A stretch of 64,000 nucleotides of DNA from Candidatus Hermodarchaeota archaeon (GTDB lineage: Archaea; Asgardarchaeota; Thorarchaeia; Thorarchaeales; Thorarchaeaceae), in NCBI GenBank assembly GCA_048885865.1, contig JBHLLF010000001.1:32001-96000 (forward strand). The letters run 5' to 3'. Of this stretch, positions 17,399 through 27,792 are shown piece by piece (within the stretch, counting starts at the first letter, position 1; every line of letters starts with the position of its first letter). The position numbers were made by a program, and so were the translations under genes. The notes under the pieces are model-generated. The model saw only the letters and a list, made by a program, of their open reading frames with translations, was not told where the DNA came from and made no database searches.

Positions 17399-19738
17399 AT
17401 GAATAGCAGGTTGCAGGCCCTGCGGGACAAAATGGTGGGTACAGTCCCCAGTATTTCAACAGTCAGGACCAAGCTATTTACCGAATCTATGAAGCAGACT
17501 GAGGGTGAACCCGCAGTAGTGCGACAGGCAAAAGCACTTGCCAATGTATTGCAAAACATGCCGATTGAGATTCTTTCCCACGAGCTGGTAGTTGGCAAAA
17601 TAGTCGAGAATGTTCCAGGAGCAACGATCTATCCTGAGGCCCATGGAACGAGAGTGTTTCCAGAGCTAGAGGATTTGCGGACACGCGAACCAAAAGCCTA
17701 CTCGATTTCTGATGATTCCATCAACATGCTAATGAAAGAGGTTCAACCCTATTGGGCTGAGAGGTCTCTTCTCGCACATGTAGAGAAGTCTACTCCTTCA
17801 CATGTCATTGACACTCTTTACTCAGGCGCAGCTTTTGTACTAACTGAGTTGGCTGGTTATGGTCATGTAAGCATTAACTACCCTCTGCTCTTTTCGAAGG
17901 GTTTCGACGAGATAGCGAATGAGTCTCGGGAGCGGCTGAAAGACGAGTCAAGCGACAAGGGCCATTTCTACAAAGCTACCTCCATCGTGGCTGATGCTAT
18001 CGTGGAATACGCGAATAGATATGCGTCACTTGCCCAGCAGCTTTCTACAGAAGAAGCCAACCCTGAGAGAAGATTGGAGCTTGAGAGCATAGCTGAAGCA
18101 TGCAAGCGGGTTCCTGCAAAACCTCCGCGCACCTTGCACGAAGCCATTCAATTCATTAGGTTCACCCACTTAGCACTCAGCTTGGAAACCTATGACGGAC
18201 AGGCACTATCTCTCGGAAGAATAGATCAGTATCTCTATCCTTTCTATAGGACGGATTTAGACTCTGGAGAGTTGGATACTGAAGGTGCACGAGAGCTAAT
18301 TGAGAGCCTGTGGATTAAGCTCAATGAGCAGGTGCCACTGTTCGATGAATTAGTCGCCTTGTATTTTGAAGGTCTTCTCACTACAAAAGCCGCCACTATT
18401 GGAGGGAGGCAACCGAATGGCTCCGATGCCACAAATGAGCTAACCTACCTCGTCTTGGAAGCTACAAAGGGAGTCGCCCTGCCTGTTCCGAATGTACATG
18501 TTCGAATTCATAGTGAGACTCCCGATGCCTTACTTTCAGCTATTGTTTCAACAATTGAGTCGGGAGTCAACAACATTGCTCTGTTCAATGATGATGTCAT
18601 AATCAAGTCAATGGAGAGGAAAGGTGTTTCAAAGGAAGATGCCAGGAATTACGCGACAATTGGCTGTGTAGAGCTTGCACCATTTGGCAATAGCTTCACT
18701 TCATCAGATGCAGCTCTCTTCAACATCGCTTTATGTCTTGAACTTGCGTTGAACAATGGTGAAGCTGTTCATCTAGGTCAGCATCTTGGGACAGAGACCG
18801 GTGATGCAACCCAGTATATTTCAATGGATGAGGTAATTCAAGCATTTAGGAAACAGGTTTCATTTCTTGTTGCACAAATGGCTGAGGGATCGAACTCGTT
18901 CGAAAAAGGGAATATCGACTATAAGCCGACTCCACTGCTTTCGTTGTGTGTAGAGGGATGCTTTGAGAAAGGAGCAGACATCACAACTGGATCTGCGAAG
19001 TACAATTTCACTGGTGTTCAGGGTGTAGGCATGGCCACAGTCGCTGATTCACTTGCAGCTATTGACCAATTGGTATTCATAGAAAAGCGGATGTCAATGG
19101 GCGAACTTGTAAATGGTCTTCGGAAGGGGCTGGAGAAGAATGAGCCTCTCAAGCAGCTACTCCAAAACCGAGGTCCCAAATACGGTAACGATGACGAGTT
19201 GGCAGACGAATATGCAAAGCTTGTTTCTAGAATCTACAGTGAAGAAGTTGAAAGCCACTCCAATGTGAGGGGCGGCTCTTTCATACCAGGAATGTATTCA
19301 GTTTCAACACATGTGCCCTTCGGTTATATGACGGGCGCGCTCCCCAGTGGCAGAGTGGAGGGGGCTCCTCTCAGCAATGGTGCCTCTCCAGCTGTTGGTT
19401 CTACAAGAAAAGGTCCGACTGCTGCCATGACTTCAACTTCGAAAGTTGACTATACGCTGTATCCTAATGGTATCGCATTTACATTGTCTATAGACCCAGC
19501 CATGGTATCGGGAGAGGGCGCTGAGATTCTCACATCGCTGATACGGTCGTACGTGGAATTGGGAGGCATGCAGATCCAATTCAATATGACCGATGTGAAC
19601 ACTCTTCTGAGCGCTCAGAAGAATCCGGATGCTCACCGTGACCTGTTGGTGAGAGTTGCGGGGTATAGCGCGTATTTCACTGACTTGGGCCCAGACTTGC
19701 AGGAAGAAGTGATAGGAAGATTTCAGAGGTCAAGCTAA
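17399..19738 (+). CDS. Glycyl radical enzyme (PFL2/dehydratase-like)
   Basis: GRIDQYLYPFY, IGCVE (single Cys), KYGNDD, QFN, LLVRVAGYS. Confidence 0.93.
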   Translation: MNSRLQALRDKMVGTVPSISTVRTKLFTESMKQTEGEPAVVRQAKALANVLQNMPIEILSHELVVGKIVENVPGATIYPEAHGTRVFPELEDLRTREPKAYSISDDSINMLMKEVQPYWAERSLLAHVEKSTPSHVIDTLYSGAAFVLTELAGYGHVSINYPLLFSKGFDEIANESRERLKDESSDKGHFYKATSIVADAIVEYANRYASLAQQLSTEEANPERRLELESIAEACKRVPAKPPRTLHEAIQFIRFTHLALSLETYDGQALSLGRIDQYLYPFYRTDLDSGELDTEGARELIESLWIKLNEQVPLFDELVALYFEGLLTTKAATIGGRQPNGSDATNELTYLVLEATKGVALPVPNVHVRIHSETPDALLSAIVSTIESGVNNIALFNDDVIIKSMERKGVSKEDARNYATIGCVELAPFGNSFTSSDAALFNIALCLELALNNGEAVHLGQHLGTETGDATQYISMDEVIQAFRKQVSFLVAQMAEGSNSFEKGNIDYKPTPLLSLCVEGCFEKGADITTGSAKYNFTGVQGVGMATVADSLAAIDQLVFIEKRMSMGELVNGLRKGLEKNEPLKQLLQNRGPKYGNDDELADEYAKLVSRIYSEEVESHSNVRGGSFIPGMYSVSTHVPFGYMTGALPSGRVEGAPLSNGASPAVGSTRKGPTAAMTSTSKVDYTLYPNGIAFTLSIDPAMVSGEGAEILTSLIRSYVELGGMQIQFNMTDVNTLLSAQKNPDAHRDLLVRVAGYSAYFTDLGPDLQEEVIGRFQRSS

Positions 19739-20772
19739 AACCGCTTCCTCCGCATGGGATATGCGCTAAACGGTGCTCTGAGTGACTGACTCACCCAATC
19801 CTTTGCGTCATCAATCCGAGATAGGGAGCGAAGAATGTCAAATGTGATCCATCGAGTTGCCTCAGGGCGAGGCTGATACTCCCAGAGGCCATAGAGTCCC
19901 TGTTGCTGCTCAATCCATTTTATGAGATCCTTCACTCGTTCATCATTCTTATCTGCTCCAATCCTCCAGGATAAATCCAGAATTAGTGCAGGATCGAATC
20001 TTGCGTGGTATGTGAAATGTCCACGATGTTGTTCGAATCCGACTAGACGAGCTACATTTAGGCCTACCGTCTTTCTATCTCTAGTTTCTCTACCTAGGAG
20101 AAGGTCCAATGCGCGCTTTGCTTCGGGACTTGACCTTCTGGAGGGGTGATGAGCAAGAGCGGTAAGGGCGAGGGTTGTATTTGTGCGGCAAGCCCAGTCA
20201 GAGTGAGGCATCCTCCGATAGCCTGCCCTATAGCCCAGGACTTCTCCTACCTTTCCTGTTGGCCACGCCCCATCCTCAAGTCGTTGGTCAATGAGCCACT
20301 CGTAGGCTGGCTCTGCTCTATTATCCGTGGCATAGCCTGCAACTGCGATGCCTATCAATGGAATGGAAGTCTGCAGGGGCACCATGGTATAGACCCCTCC
20401 ATCTAGGCTGCTTCCGTCATATGTCTGAGGAATTGCCCAAGATCCATCTGTCCTCTGCATTGAGAAGATGTATTCAACACCTCGTGTCATAGCGGGATGG
20501 TCACGAGCAAGCCCAATGTAGCCAAGTCTTTGGAGCGCAAATGATGTCGACCGGACTTTTTCCTTGGTTTCAGTGCCTCCAAGGTCAGTGTTTTTCCAAG
20601 AGCCATCACTACCTTGCTTCTTCAGGAGATTCGCTACTGGCGGATCCTGTGCAATTAGCTCATCTAGCTCCATGACTTCAGGGTCGTCATTAGGACGATT
20701 GAGGAGTTCTTTGAGCACAAGTCTTCGTAGACTTGGCGACCTGTCAGCTAGAAGCAGCGGAATCCAAGTCAT
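19735..20772 (-). CDS. Prenyltransferase/squalene-cyclase repeat (alpha/alpha toroid) protein
   Basis: QxxDGSW-type repeats (QGSDGSW, QRTDGSW, QRLEDGAW, QQGLYGLW). No DxDD motif. Confidence 0.75.
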   Translation of the reverse strand: MTWIPLLLADRSPSLRRLVLKELLNRPNDDPEVMELDELIAQDPPVANLLKKQGSDGSWKNTDLGGTETKEKVRSTSFALQRLGYIGLARDHPAMTRGVEYIFSMQRTDGSWAIPQTYDGSSLDGGVYTMVPLQTSIPLIGIAVAGYATDNRAEPAYEWLIDQRLEDGAWPTGKVGEVLGYRAGYRRMPHSDWACRTNTTLALTALAHHPSRRSSPEAKRALDLLLGRETRDRKTVGLNVARLVGFEQHRGHFTYHARFDPALILDLSWRIGADKNDERVKDLIKWIEQQQGLYGLWEYQPRPEATRWITFDILRSLSRIDDAKDWVSQSLRAPFSAYPMRRKRF

Positions 20773-23700
20773 GATGCTCCCTCCAAAACCGCTCTCAAGT
20801 AGGGTGCAGTAGGTGTATCCATAGCTGCAACCTCCCTAGGAGTCCCATTGGCTATCACCCTGCCACCTTTCGGTCCTCCAACAGGACCTAGTTCCAATAG
20901 CCAATCACAAGCCGCTAGGACGTTTGGATGATGTTCTATAACAATAACCGTGTTGCCTTCCGAAACAAGCCGCTGCAATACGCCAACGAGACGGTCAACA
21001 TCTTCCAAGTGCTGGCCAACGGTAGGCTCATCTATGATAAAGAGGGTTGAAGACGAGTTCTTTTTGGAGAGTTCCTGTGCTATCTTGAGCCTCTGTATTT
21101 CCCCGCCTGAAAGTGTCACACTTGGTTGTCTGAGAACCAAGTAATCCAGCCCAACCTCTAGTGCGGTTTCCAATTTCCTTGATACCCTGTCATCATCTTT
21201 GAACAACTTGTAGAGCTGACCTAGAGTCATGTCGTTGAGTTCAGGCAATGAGATTCCCTTGACTCTAACATCCCATGCCTCTGGAGACCTCCCGGTCCCT
21301 TTACAAGTTTCACAGGGTGCAAATACATCTGGAAGGAATCCCATCTCAGTCCTAATTCGCCCTTGACCTTCGCATACTGTACACGGCGTGCTGAGGCTCT
21401 TGTAATCTAACCCCAATGCTTCTGCATCCTCGCTCTCGGCATATATCTGAACAAGGGGCTTGAATAGGTCAAGAGCATATCCAGGACTCCGAATGCCCTT
21501 CCGCCCTTGGTCTAGCATCACAACTCTCTCTGGACTCCCTGTAATCGATTCGTGTTCTCCTGGCTCAAGTGGTACATATGATACGCTGGTTGTGAATTTC
21601 GTCGGTGCAAGAGCCCTTCCTATGGTGTCTATCATCAATGTGCTCTTTCCAGAGCCAGAAGTTCCGCATATTCCAATAAGCAAGCCTATGGGGAACTCTA
21701 TTGTGAGGTTCTTGAGATTGTTTGCTTTAGCTCCCTTGATTTTCATCCAAGCAATTGGTTTTCGAGTCTCATCGGTAATAGAAGGCGTCCTGTCACCTCG
21801 GAGCCATCTCGCTGTAATTGTATCCGCCTTCATCAATTCAGGGAGTGTTCCACTAGCGACTATTTTTCCGCCTGATTCACCTGATTTAGGTCCCATGTCA
21901 ACCAAGATGTCTGCAGCTTTTATGACACCTAGGTCATGTTCTACGACGATTACCGAGTGCCCCTCATCCCGGAGTTCTTGCAGAGCATCAACAAGTGCAT
22001 CTACCTCAGATGGATGCATTCCTCGCGTTGGTTCGTCGAGTAGGACAGTCAGGGATGTGAGGCCGCTGCCCAGCAATGATGAGAGAATCACTCTTTGAGA
22101 CTCACCAGCGGAGAGTGTGTTTGCCTCTCGATTAAGGTGAAGATATCCAAGACCTACCTTCTCCAGAAAGCCAAGCCTCTTGATTATCTTCTCAAGGCTA
22201 CTTCTGGCAATCTCACCCTTCTTCGTTAACTTGATGGCTCCAAGAATCCGTTTCAGTTCGGAAATGGGAAGTCCATTCAGTTCGTTAATGCTATGGCCTC
22301 TCAACTTGATCTTGCGGTACTTCTGACGTAGGCCGCTCCCATCACACGCTTCACAGTGTTCTCTTCTTGTATATGTACCACCAACATCCCAGTCGCTAAC
22401 CCAACGATAGAAACCACTCCAATGCCCCTTCGAATTAACCTCCAGACGTTTTCCTCTGCGGGTTCCCATGTACGTGATGTCAAGGGGCTCTGGATTGGGA
22501 TCCCCATACAGGAAGACATTTTGCACATGTTCCGGGATCTTATTCCAAGGTGTCTTTTTGGGGTCAAATCCGTATCGTTCCCCAAGAGCATCGAGCGCGC
22601 CTCCAGCCCAGCTTGTTGGTGTGCAGAAGTAGCCTCTTGGGAAGTAGCCTGGAGAGTACATTGCTCCAGCACAGATGGGCTTGTCAGGATGGATTATTAG
22701 CTTCTCAGGAATTGGCACTTGGCGATGCCCAACGCCGCTGCAAGTCACGCAAGCGGATGTGTATGTTCTCGAGGAGAAATCTCTTGGCCTCAACAAAGGG
22801 ACTTGCGTTCCACAGGCAGGACATTCCAATGTTTCTCCTCGTTTCATTATCCTGCCGCAATTCTCACAAGGAACTTTCCCAATTGTGGCAAACAATGCTG
22901 CAAGATGATTGGATACCTCAGTCACAATTCCGATGGTTGTTCTAACTGCGTACACTGACCACCATCCCGCACCTCTTCGTCGACGAGATGTGATAGAGAT
23001 AGTGACGCCAAGTCCGCTGACTGATTCAACGGGCGCCTCAGGGCCCTCCTTTAGTCCTTGCCTCTCATATAGCGACAAGGATTCGTAATACCTCCGCTCT
23101 GCCTCCGCCTGCAGAACATCTCTGACCAATGAGCTCTTTCCGGAACCTGAAGGACCAGTCACAACAGCGAATTTTCCCTTGGGAATGTCCAAACTGACAT
23201 CCTTCAGGTTGTTTGCAGAGGCCTTCTTCACTCTGATGTAGTCCGACACGCGACTGCTCTTTTCAGGAGTTGATCTTGGTGTTAGCCTACGCTCATCTCC
23301 TAGTGCTTTTGCGGTCAATGATGTCTTGACCTTGCCGAGTTCCTCTGGTGCACCTTCAAACAGCAACTCTCCACCATCTGGACCTGCACCAATTCCAAGA
23401 TCAATGACCCAGTCGGCGAAACGGACAATATCCAGATTGTGTTCAACGACAACAATCGTGGCACCAGCATCAACGAGAGTACCGAGAACACTTAGAAGAC
23501 CATGAAGGTCTGCAGCTGAGAGACCGGTCGAAGGCTCATCAAGGATTAACAGGTTCTCTGAGAGTCCTCTCTTTCCCAGGAACTTCGCTAACTTCACTCT
23601 TTGTGATTCGCCGCCTGAGAGTTGGGGAGATGGTTGTCCAAGCTTTAGGTATCCAAGTCCAATTGTGACAAGCGCTCCAAGAATCCTCTTTGCTGAACGT

Positions 23701-25661
23701 TTCTTGTTTTGTGGGAGTCGTTCGTCTTGAGCCAGGAGCTGTTGTACTTCCCGGATCGAGAGCTGATAGAAGTCAGCTATTGTCAGAACCTTGCTACCAA
23801 AATTCACTTTGGTTTCAAGGACTTCAGGATTGAAACGTTTGCCTTCGCACGCCGAGCAAGTGATCCAAATGGAAGGAAGATAACGCATCTTGACTTCTAC
23901 AGCGCCCATCCCCTTGCATGCTGGACACATACCTTCAGGTCTGTTGAATGAGAAGTGTGATGCCGATAGCTCGGATTCAGATGCATAGAGGTCTCTCACG
24001 ATGTCTGACAATTTTGTGTACGTCGCTGGGTTTGACCTAGGATTTCGTCCTACGGGCTTCTGATCCACAAGAACGGGTTTTAGCTTCTCACCAACAATCT
24101 CAGCGCATCCAACAGGCTCTTTCTGTTCTAGAGATGGAACAAGTACATGTTCCACAAGGGTGCTCTTCCCTGAGCCAGACACACCCGAAATGACGGTCAA
24201 GCGTTCTAGTGGGATGCGGACATCAATACCCTTGAGATTATGCTTGGTTGCGTTCCTAATAGTGAGGAACCTACTCGGGGGAGTCCGCTCGCGCCTAATT
24301 GGAACACTCTCATGCAGACTGAAGTACCTCCCCGTTGTAGTGTTCGCCTCCCACAATTCTGCAGGCGTGCCTTTGAATATTATCTCGCCGCCGTTCTCGC
24401 CCGCTGCTGGACCTATGTCTATTGCTCGATCCGCCTCAGCGGCCGCTAATCGGTCATGTTCAACATAAATGACAGGACCAGGAAGTTCTCTGAATGCTGG
24501 AAGAAGTCTCTTGATATCAGCAGCGCTCTGCCCTATAGTTGGCTCATCTAAAAGGTGCACTACATCTTCCAATCTGTTGGTCAGCGATATAGCCAAACGA
24601 ACTCTTTGACTCTCACCTCGAGAAAGACTAGGAGCCGGTCGATTTAGCTGTATGTAGCCGAGTCCCACTCTAAGGAGAGCATCGAGTCTTTTCACAATCT
24701 CAAGCTTTAGTCTATTGGCAGTCGATGGCAAAACAGCATTCCTGAAAACCTTCCTAGCCTCATCGACCGTGAGCGCCATCAGTTCGCCGAAACCGTGACC
24801 CTCCCATTTGACCATGGCAGCCTCAGAGTGCATTCCAGTGTAATGGCACACTTCACATCCTTCACCGCCACATTCAGTACACTTCATTCGGAAGTGCTTT
24901 GGCTCTAGTTCTTCAATCCACTTGCCACATTCACTGCACTCACCAGTTCTAGAGAGTCCAATTTCCCCAGCTTTTGACCGAATAGCAACTGAATTTGCGC
25001 CAAGAGCTGAGGCAATCTCTACGCTCTCACGAATCTGTTTTCTCGTTGCTTTTCCAGTGTATCTCCCTATAATGACCGATACATCATGCTCCAGTGAAGG
25101 ATCCAACGCTTGCCTTTTCCATGGTTTGCCGTCAACTAGCAATGATTCTGCGCCAAACTCCTTTTCAAGGAGACTCAACAGAGTGGAGTGTCCGCCTACA
25201 ACTCGTCTCATCAAGGGCGCGGTGAGAATAATCCCTTCTTTCTTTGCTAGTTTCTGAATTCTCTCAACCATCTCGTCTTCTGTCATCCTCGATAGTGATG
25301 CTCCACACTGAGCACAGAATCTGGTTCCGAATCTCGTGTACAGCAGCCTTAGGAATGGATGAATTCCTGAAGCAGATGCCAACGTGGAAAGCGGATTTCG
25401 ATTCAACAGATTCTGCCCAACTGCCACAGTCGGACCAATGCCAGTGATTGAATCAACATTTGCTGGTGCAAGTCGCACTGTGGAGCGACCGGCATTAAAC
25501 ACCTCAAGAAATCTCCGACGAGCCTCGTGATACATTGTGTCGAAAACAAGAGATGTTTTCCCTGATCCACTGATCCCGGTAACTACCGTCAAGCCGTCGC
25601 CTATATCAACACTCACATCTTTGAGGTTGTTCTCTCGGGCTCGCCGGATTCTAATGTCCAT
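20769..25661 (-). CDS. uvrA: Tandem-duplicated UvrA-family ABC ATPase (four ATPase domains)
   Basis: Four Walker A motifs (GISGSGKT, GVSGSGKS, GPSGSGKS, GTSGSGKS), four LSxGE/DEP signatures, multiple CxxC fingers, FSFN. Confidence 0.9.
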   Translation of the reverse strand: MDIRIRRARENNLKDVSVDIGDGLTVVTGISGSGKTSLVFDTMYHEARRRFLEVFNAGRSTVRLAPANVDSITGIGPTVAVGQNLLNRNPLSTLASASGIHPFLRLLYTRFGTRFCAQCGASLSRMTEDEMVERIQKLAKKEGIILTAPLMRRVVGGHSTLLSLLEKEFGAESLLVDGKPWKRQALDPSLEHDVSVIIGRYTGKATRKQIRESVEIASALGANSVAIRSKAGEIGLSRTGECSECGKWIEELEPKHFRMKCTECGGEGCEVCHYTGMHSEAAMVKWEGHGFGELMALTVDEARKVFRNAVLPSTANRLKLEIVKRLDALLRVGLGYIQLNRPAPSLSRGESQRVRLAISLTNRLEDVVHLLDEPTIGQSAADIKRLLPAFRELPGPVIYVEHDRLAAAEADRAIDIGPAAGENGGEIIFKGTPAELWEANTTTGRYFSLHESVPIRRERTPPSRFLTIRNATKHNLKGIDVRIPLERLTVISGVSGSGKSTLVEHVLVPSLEQKEPVGCAEIVGEKLKPVLVDQKPVGRNPRSNPATYTKLSDIVRDLYASESELSASHFSFNRPEGMCPACKGMGAVEVKMRYLPSIWITCSACEGKRFNPEVLETKVNFGSKVLTIADFYQLSIREVQQLLAQDERLPQNKKRSAKRILGALVTIGLGYLKLGQPSPQLSGGESQRVKLAKFLGKRGLSENLLILDEPSTGLSAADLHGLLSVLGTLVDAGATIVVVEHNLDIVRFADWVIDLGIGAGPDGGELLFEGAPEELGKVKTSLTAKALGDERRLTPRSTPEKSSRVSDYIRVKKASANNLKDVSLDIPKGKFAVVTGPSGSGKSSLVRDVLQAEAERRYYESLSLYERQGLKEGPEAPVESVSGLGVTISITSRRRRGAGWWSVYAVRTTIGIVTEVSNHLAALFATIGKVPCENCGRIMKRGETLECPACGTQVPLLRPRDFSSRTYTSACVTCSGVGHRQVPIPEKLIIHPDKPICAGAMYSPGYFPRGYFCTPTSWAGGALDALGERYGFDPKKTPWNKIPEHVQNVFLYGDPNPEPLDITYMGTRRGKRLEVNSKGHWSGFYRWVSDWDVGGTYTRREHCEACDGSGLRQKYRKIKLRGHSINELNGLPISELKRILGAIKLTKKGEIARSSLEKIIKRLGFLEKVGLGYLHLNREANTLSAGESQRVILSSLLGSGLTSLTVLLDEPTRGMHPSEVDALVDALQELRDEGHSVIVVEHDLGVIKAADILVDMGPKSGESGGKIVASGTLPELMKADTITARWLRGDRTPSITDETRKPIAWMKIKGAKANNLKNLTIEFPIGLLIGICGTSGSGKSTLMIDTIGRALAPTKFTTSVSYVPLEPGEHESITGSPERVVMLDQGRKGIRSPGYALDLFKPLVQIYAESEDAEALGLDYKSLSTPCTVCEGQGRIRTEMGFLPDVFAPCETCKGTGRSPEAWDVRVKGISLPELNDMTLGQLYKLFKDDDRVSRKLETALEVGLDYLVLRQPSVTLSGGEIQRLKIAQELSKKNSSSTLFIIDEPTVGQHLEDVDRLVGVLQRLVSEGNTVIVIEHHPNVLAACDWLLELGPVGGPKGGRVIANGTPREVAAMDTPTAPYLRAVLEGAS

Positions 25662-25781
25662 AACTTGACACCATTGTCTAGTTCATTGCGGGATGACTGG
25701 CTTATATCCTATGATTTGTTTTACTCTCTCAGTTTCTCCGAGTTCAGCAATGCCATGTGAGGGAATTTGGTTCAGCAATCT

Positions 25782-26996
25782 CTACACCCTCTCTGCGAGT
25801 GCATTCATCGTTCTGGTTTCTTTTTCGCTGATTTGCTTTAGAAGATCGCAGACTGGCTTGATGAACTCGGAATACTCTGATATCTCATTCTTTGCAGCTT
25901 CGTCCATCAGACTTGGCACCTTATCGGCCTTCTCTCGGACTTTGTCCAACATCTTCAATCCTTTTTTCTCAAGTATCTCATTGTTCGACCACTGAATCTC
26001 CCTCAATTCAGCTAGAGCAGGATATTCATCAGGCAGAAGCCCATTCGCTACCTCTCTCCACATCTTCACTATTTCCCTGAACTCCTGTGCTGCTCTTAAC
26101 ATTGGATCACTATTCATGAGTTCACCAGCCTCCTGCAGGAAGTCAGAGTATATCTGGCGGAAAATCGCCCCACCGGACCCTCCAGTTTCAATGTAGACAA
26201 AGTGCATTACAAGTGCATGGACAAGGTCTCTTGGATTTGGAAACATCTTTGGATATTTGACTAGTTCCTTACTCCATCTCACAATTCCCTTCACTCCGAC
26301 GTTGGAGATTGGAGGATTGAGCAGTGCATCTGCATTCTCTCGGATTGCATCGGGGATTATGTTCTCAAGAGGAGTAAGAGTTTCTGGAAAGGAAAAGCGC
26401 ACCATTTGGTTCATTGCTGGAAAGGGAGGAAATTCCGATGCTCGTGCTTTCTGCAATTGAGTTAGAGCCATCTTGGCTGCTCCATGAAACCTGTCTGAAA
26501 TGTAAGCTTCATCTTTCGATTCATCAATCCCATAAACAAGGAAATTGTGCTCACCAAAATGGTCGTCTTCGCCAGTCAATAGATGGTCAAGATAAGCCAT
26601 ATCAACACAGACCAAGCCCGGTTGATTCTCCTTGAGGGTTTCTTTGAGAAAGATATGCGCCTTCTTCACGCTCTTGGTCAAGATTGACTCAAAGTCCCCT
26701 CCCAATCGCCTTGCAGCCTTTCCAAGAATGCCTGGAAACTTCCTGCAGTCCGACCTGTTCATTCCTCCGACAATGGGATATGGCATCATCTTCATGAACC
26801 AATAGATGAATCCCATTCCCGCTGAAATTCCAACAAGCATTGGTTCACTGATTCCGTGTCCAAGATGACTCATCAATCGGACCATGGAACTCGTCTGGCA
26901 GTTCTTGCCATCCCCAAAGTGCTTGAAATCAAGGACTATTCGTTCATCTCCAATGCCAGCCGGTTTGAACTCCTTCTTCTTGCTCATACCACTCAC
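25782..26996 (-). CDS. BtrH-like papain-fold peptidase with DUF4872-like C-terminus
   Basis: NCQTSS, SEPMLVG, VDMAYL, HFGEHNFLVYG, ETGGSGGAIFRQIY. Confidence 0.8.
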   Translation of the reverse strand: MSGMSKKKEFKPAGIGDERIVLDFKHFGDGKNCQTSSMVRLMSHLGHGISEPMLVGISAGMGFIYWFMKMMPYPIVGGMNRSDCRKFPGILGKAARRLGGDFESILTKSVKKAHIFLKETLKENQPGLVCVDMAYLDHLLTGEDDHFGEHNFLVYGIDESKDEAYISDRFHGAAKMALTQLQKARASEFPPFPAMNQMVRFSFPETLTPLENIIPDAIRENADALLNPPISNVGVKGIVRWSKELVKYPKMFPNPRDLVHALVMHFVYIETGGSGGAIFRQIYSDFLQEAGELMNSDPMLRAAQEFREIVKMWREVANGLLPDEYPALAELREIQWSNNEILEKKGLKMLDKVREKADKVPSLMDEAAKNEISEYSEFIKPVCDLLKQISEKETRTMNALAERV

Positions 26997-27667
26997 CTAC
27001 CATCTTTTTGAAATAGAAATCCTGCTTCACCTTTCTCTATTTTAGGCAACAGATCTTCAAGCCACTTCTTCTCACATTTCAGTCTAACATAGGGTCTCTC
27101 GAACAAAGCCAGAACTACTCCCAAATGAGCATCGGTCGGTATCTCAGAAGCTTTCACGCCTCCCACGATGCGCTCAGGATCAACTTCACGTATCTTGTCA
27201 ATGTTCTTGAGGGAGTCAGTATGGCTTCCGAGGAACCGAATCTGCTCATCAAGATTATTCAATCTCTTCTTGAGCGAATCCACGGCCTCATCTCTTGTCA
27301 ATTGAGAGATGGCTGACATTCCCAAGTCAAAGAGACTGTTTGCTTTTGGTGGATTAACAATGCATTGCACAATCTGTTTTCGAAGCATCCTTGAGCCTCT
27401 TCTTGTAAGTAAGTAGGTCTTCTTGGATGGCTGCTTTTTTTCATCAGATTTCTGCCCTCGTATCAATTCCATCCCTTCCAACTCCTTCAAAGCTTTGTAG
27501 ATTGATGAGAACTTGATGTCCACCCAATTTCTATATCCACGTTCTTCGAGGATTTGGTTTATCTCATACCCGTATTTTGCTCCAGCTCCAATGAGGGACA
27601 GGACTGCAAGATATGTAGAGGGTAAAAGCTCAATTTGCTTCTTATTCTGGAGTTTCAATTTGGCCAT
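26993..27667 (-). CDS. PadR family transcriptional regulator
   Basis: YGYEI...SIYKALKELE...KKTYLLT..G; GTGA overlap with the next gene. Confidence 0.9.
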   Translation of the reverse strand: MAKLKLQNKKQIELLPSTYLAVLSLIGAGAKYGYEINQILEERGYRNWVDIKFSSIYKALKELEGMELIRGQKSDEKKQPSKKTYLLTRRGSRMLRKQIVQCIVNPPKANSLFDLGMSAISQLTRDEAVDSLKKRLNNLDEQIRFLGSHTDSLKNIDKIREVDPERIVGGVKASEIPTDAHLGVVLALFERPYVRLKCEKKWLEDLLPKIEKGEAGFLFQKDGR

Positions 27668-27668
27668 T

Positions 27669-27719
27669 CTATCAGCTCTTGATAGTATTCTACCAGTATA
27701 ATAACATATATTCTACTGG
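27669..27719. promoter_or_regulatory. Candidate PadR operator region
   Basis: Inverted repeats ctatca-N5-tgatag and ccagta...tactgg, plus a tattctac direct repeat, in the divergent intergenic region. Confidence 0.4.
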
Positions 27720-27792
27720 CATAATAATATTTAAGCTTTCTTCCCGGCGCTGATATGAAGCTTGATATGCATCCTTATTCGAAGGGAGTTTT

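Noticed and set aside
19735-20772. True squalene-hopene or terpene cyclase
   Set aside because: Single 345-aa domain with no DxDD motif; only the structural QW-like repeats are present.
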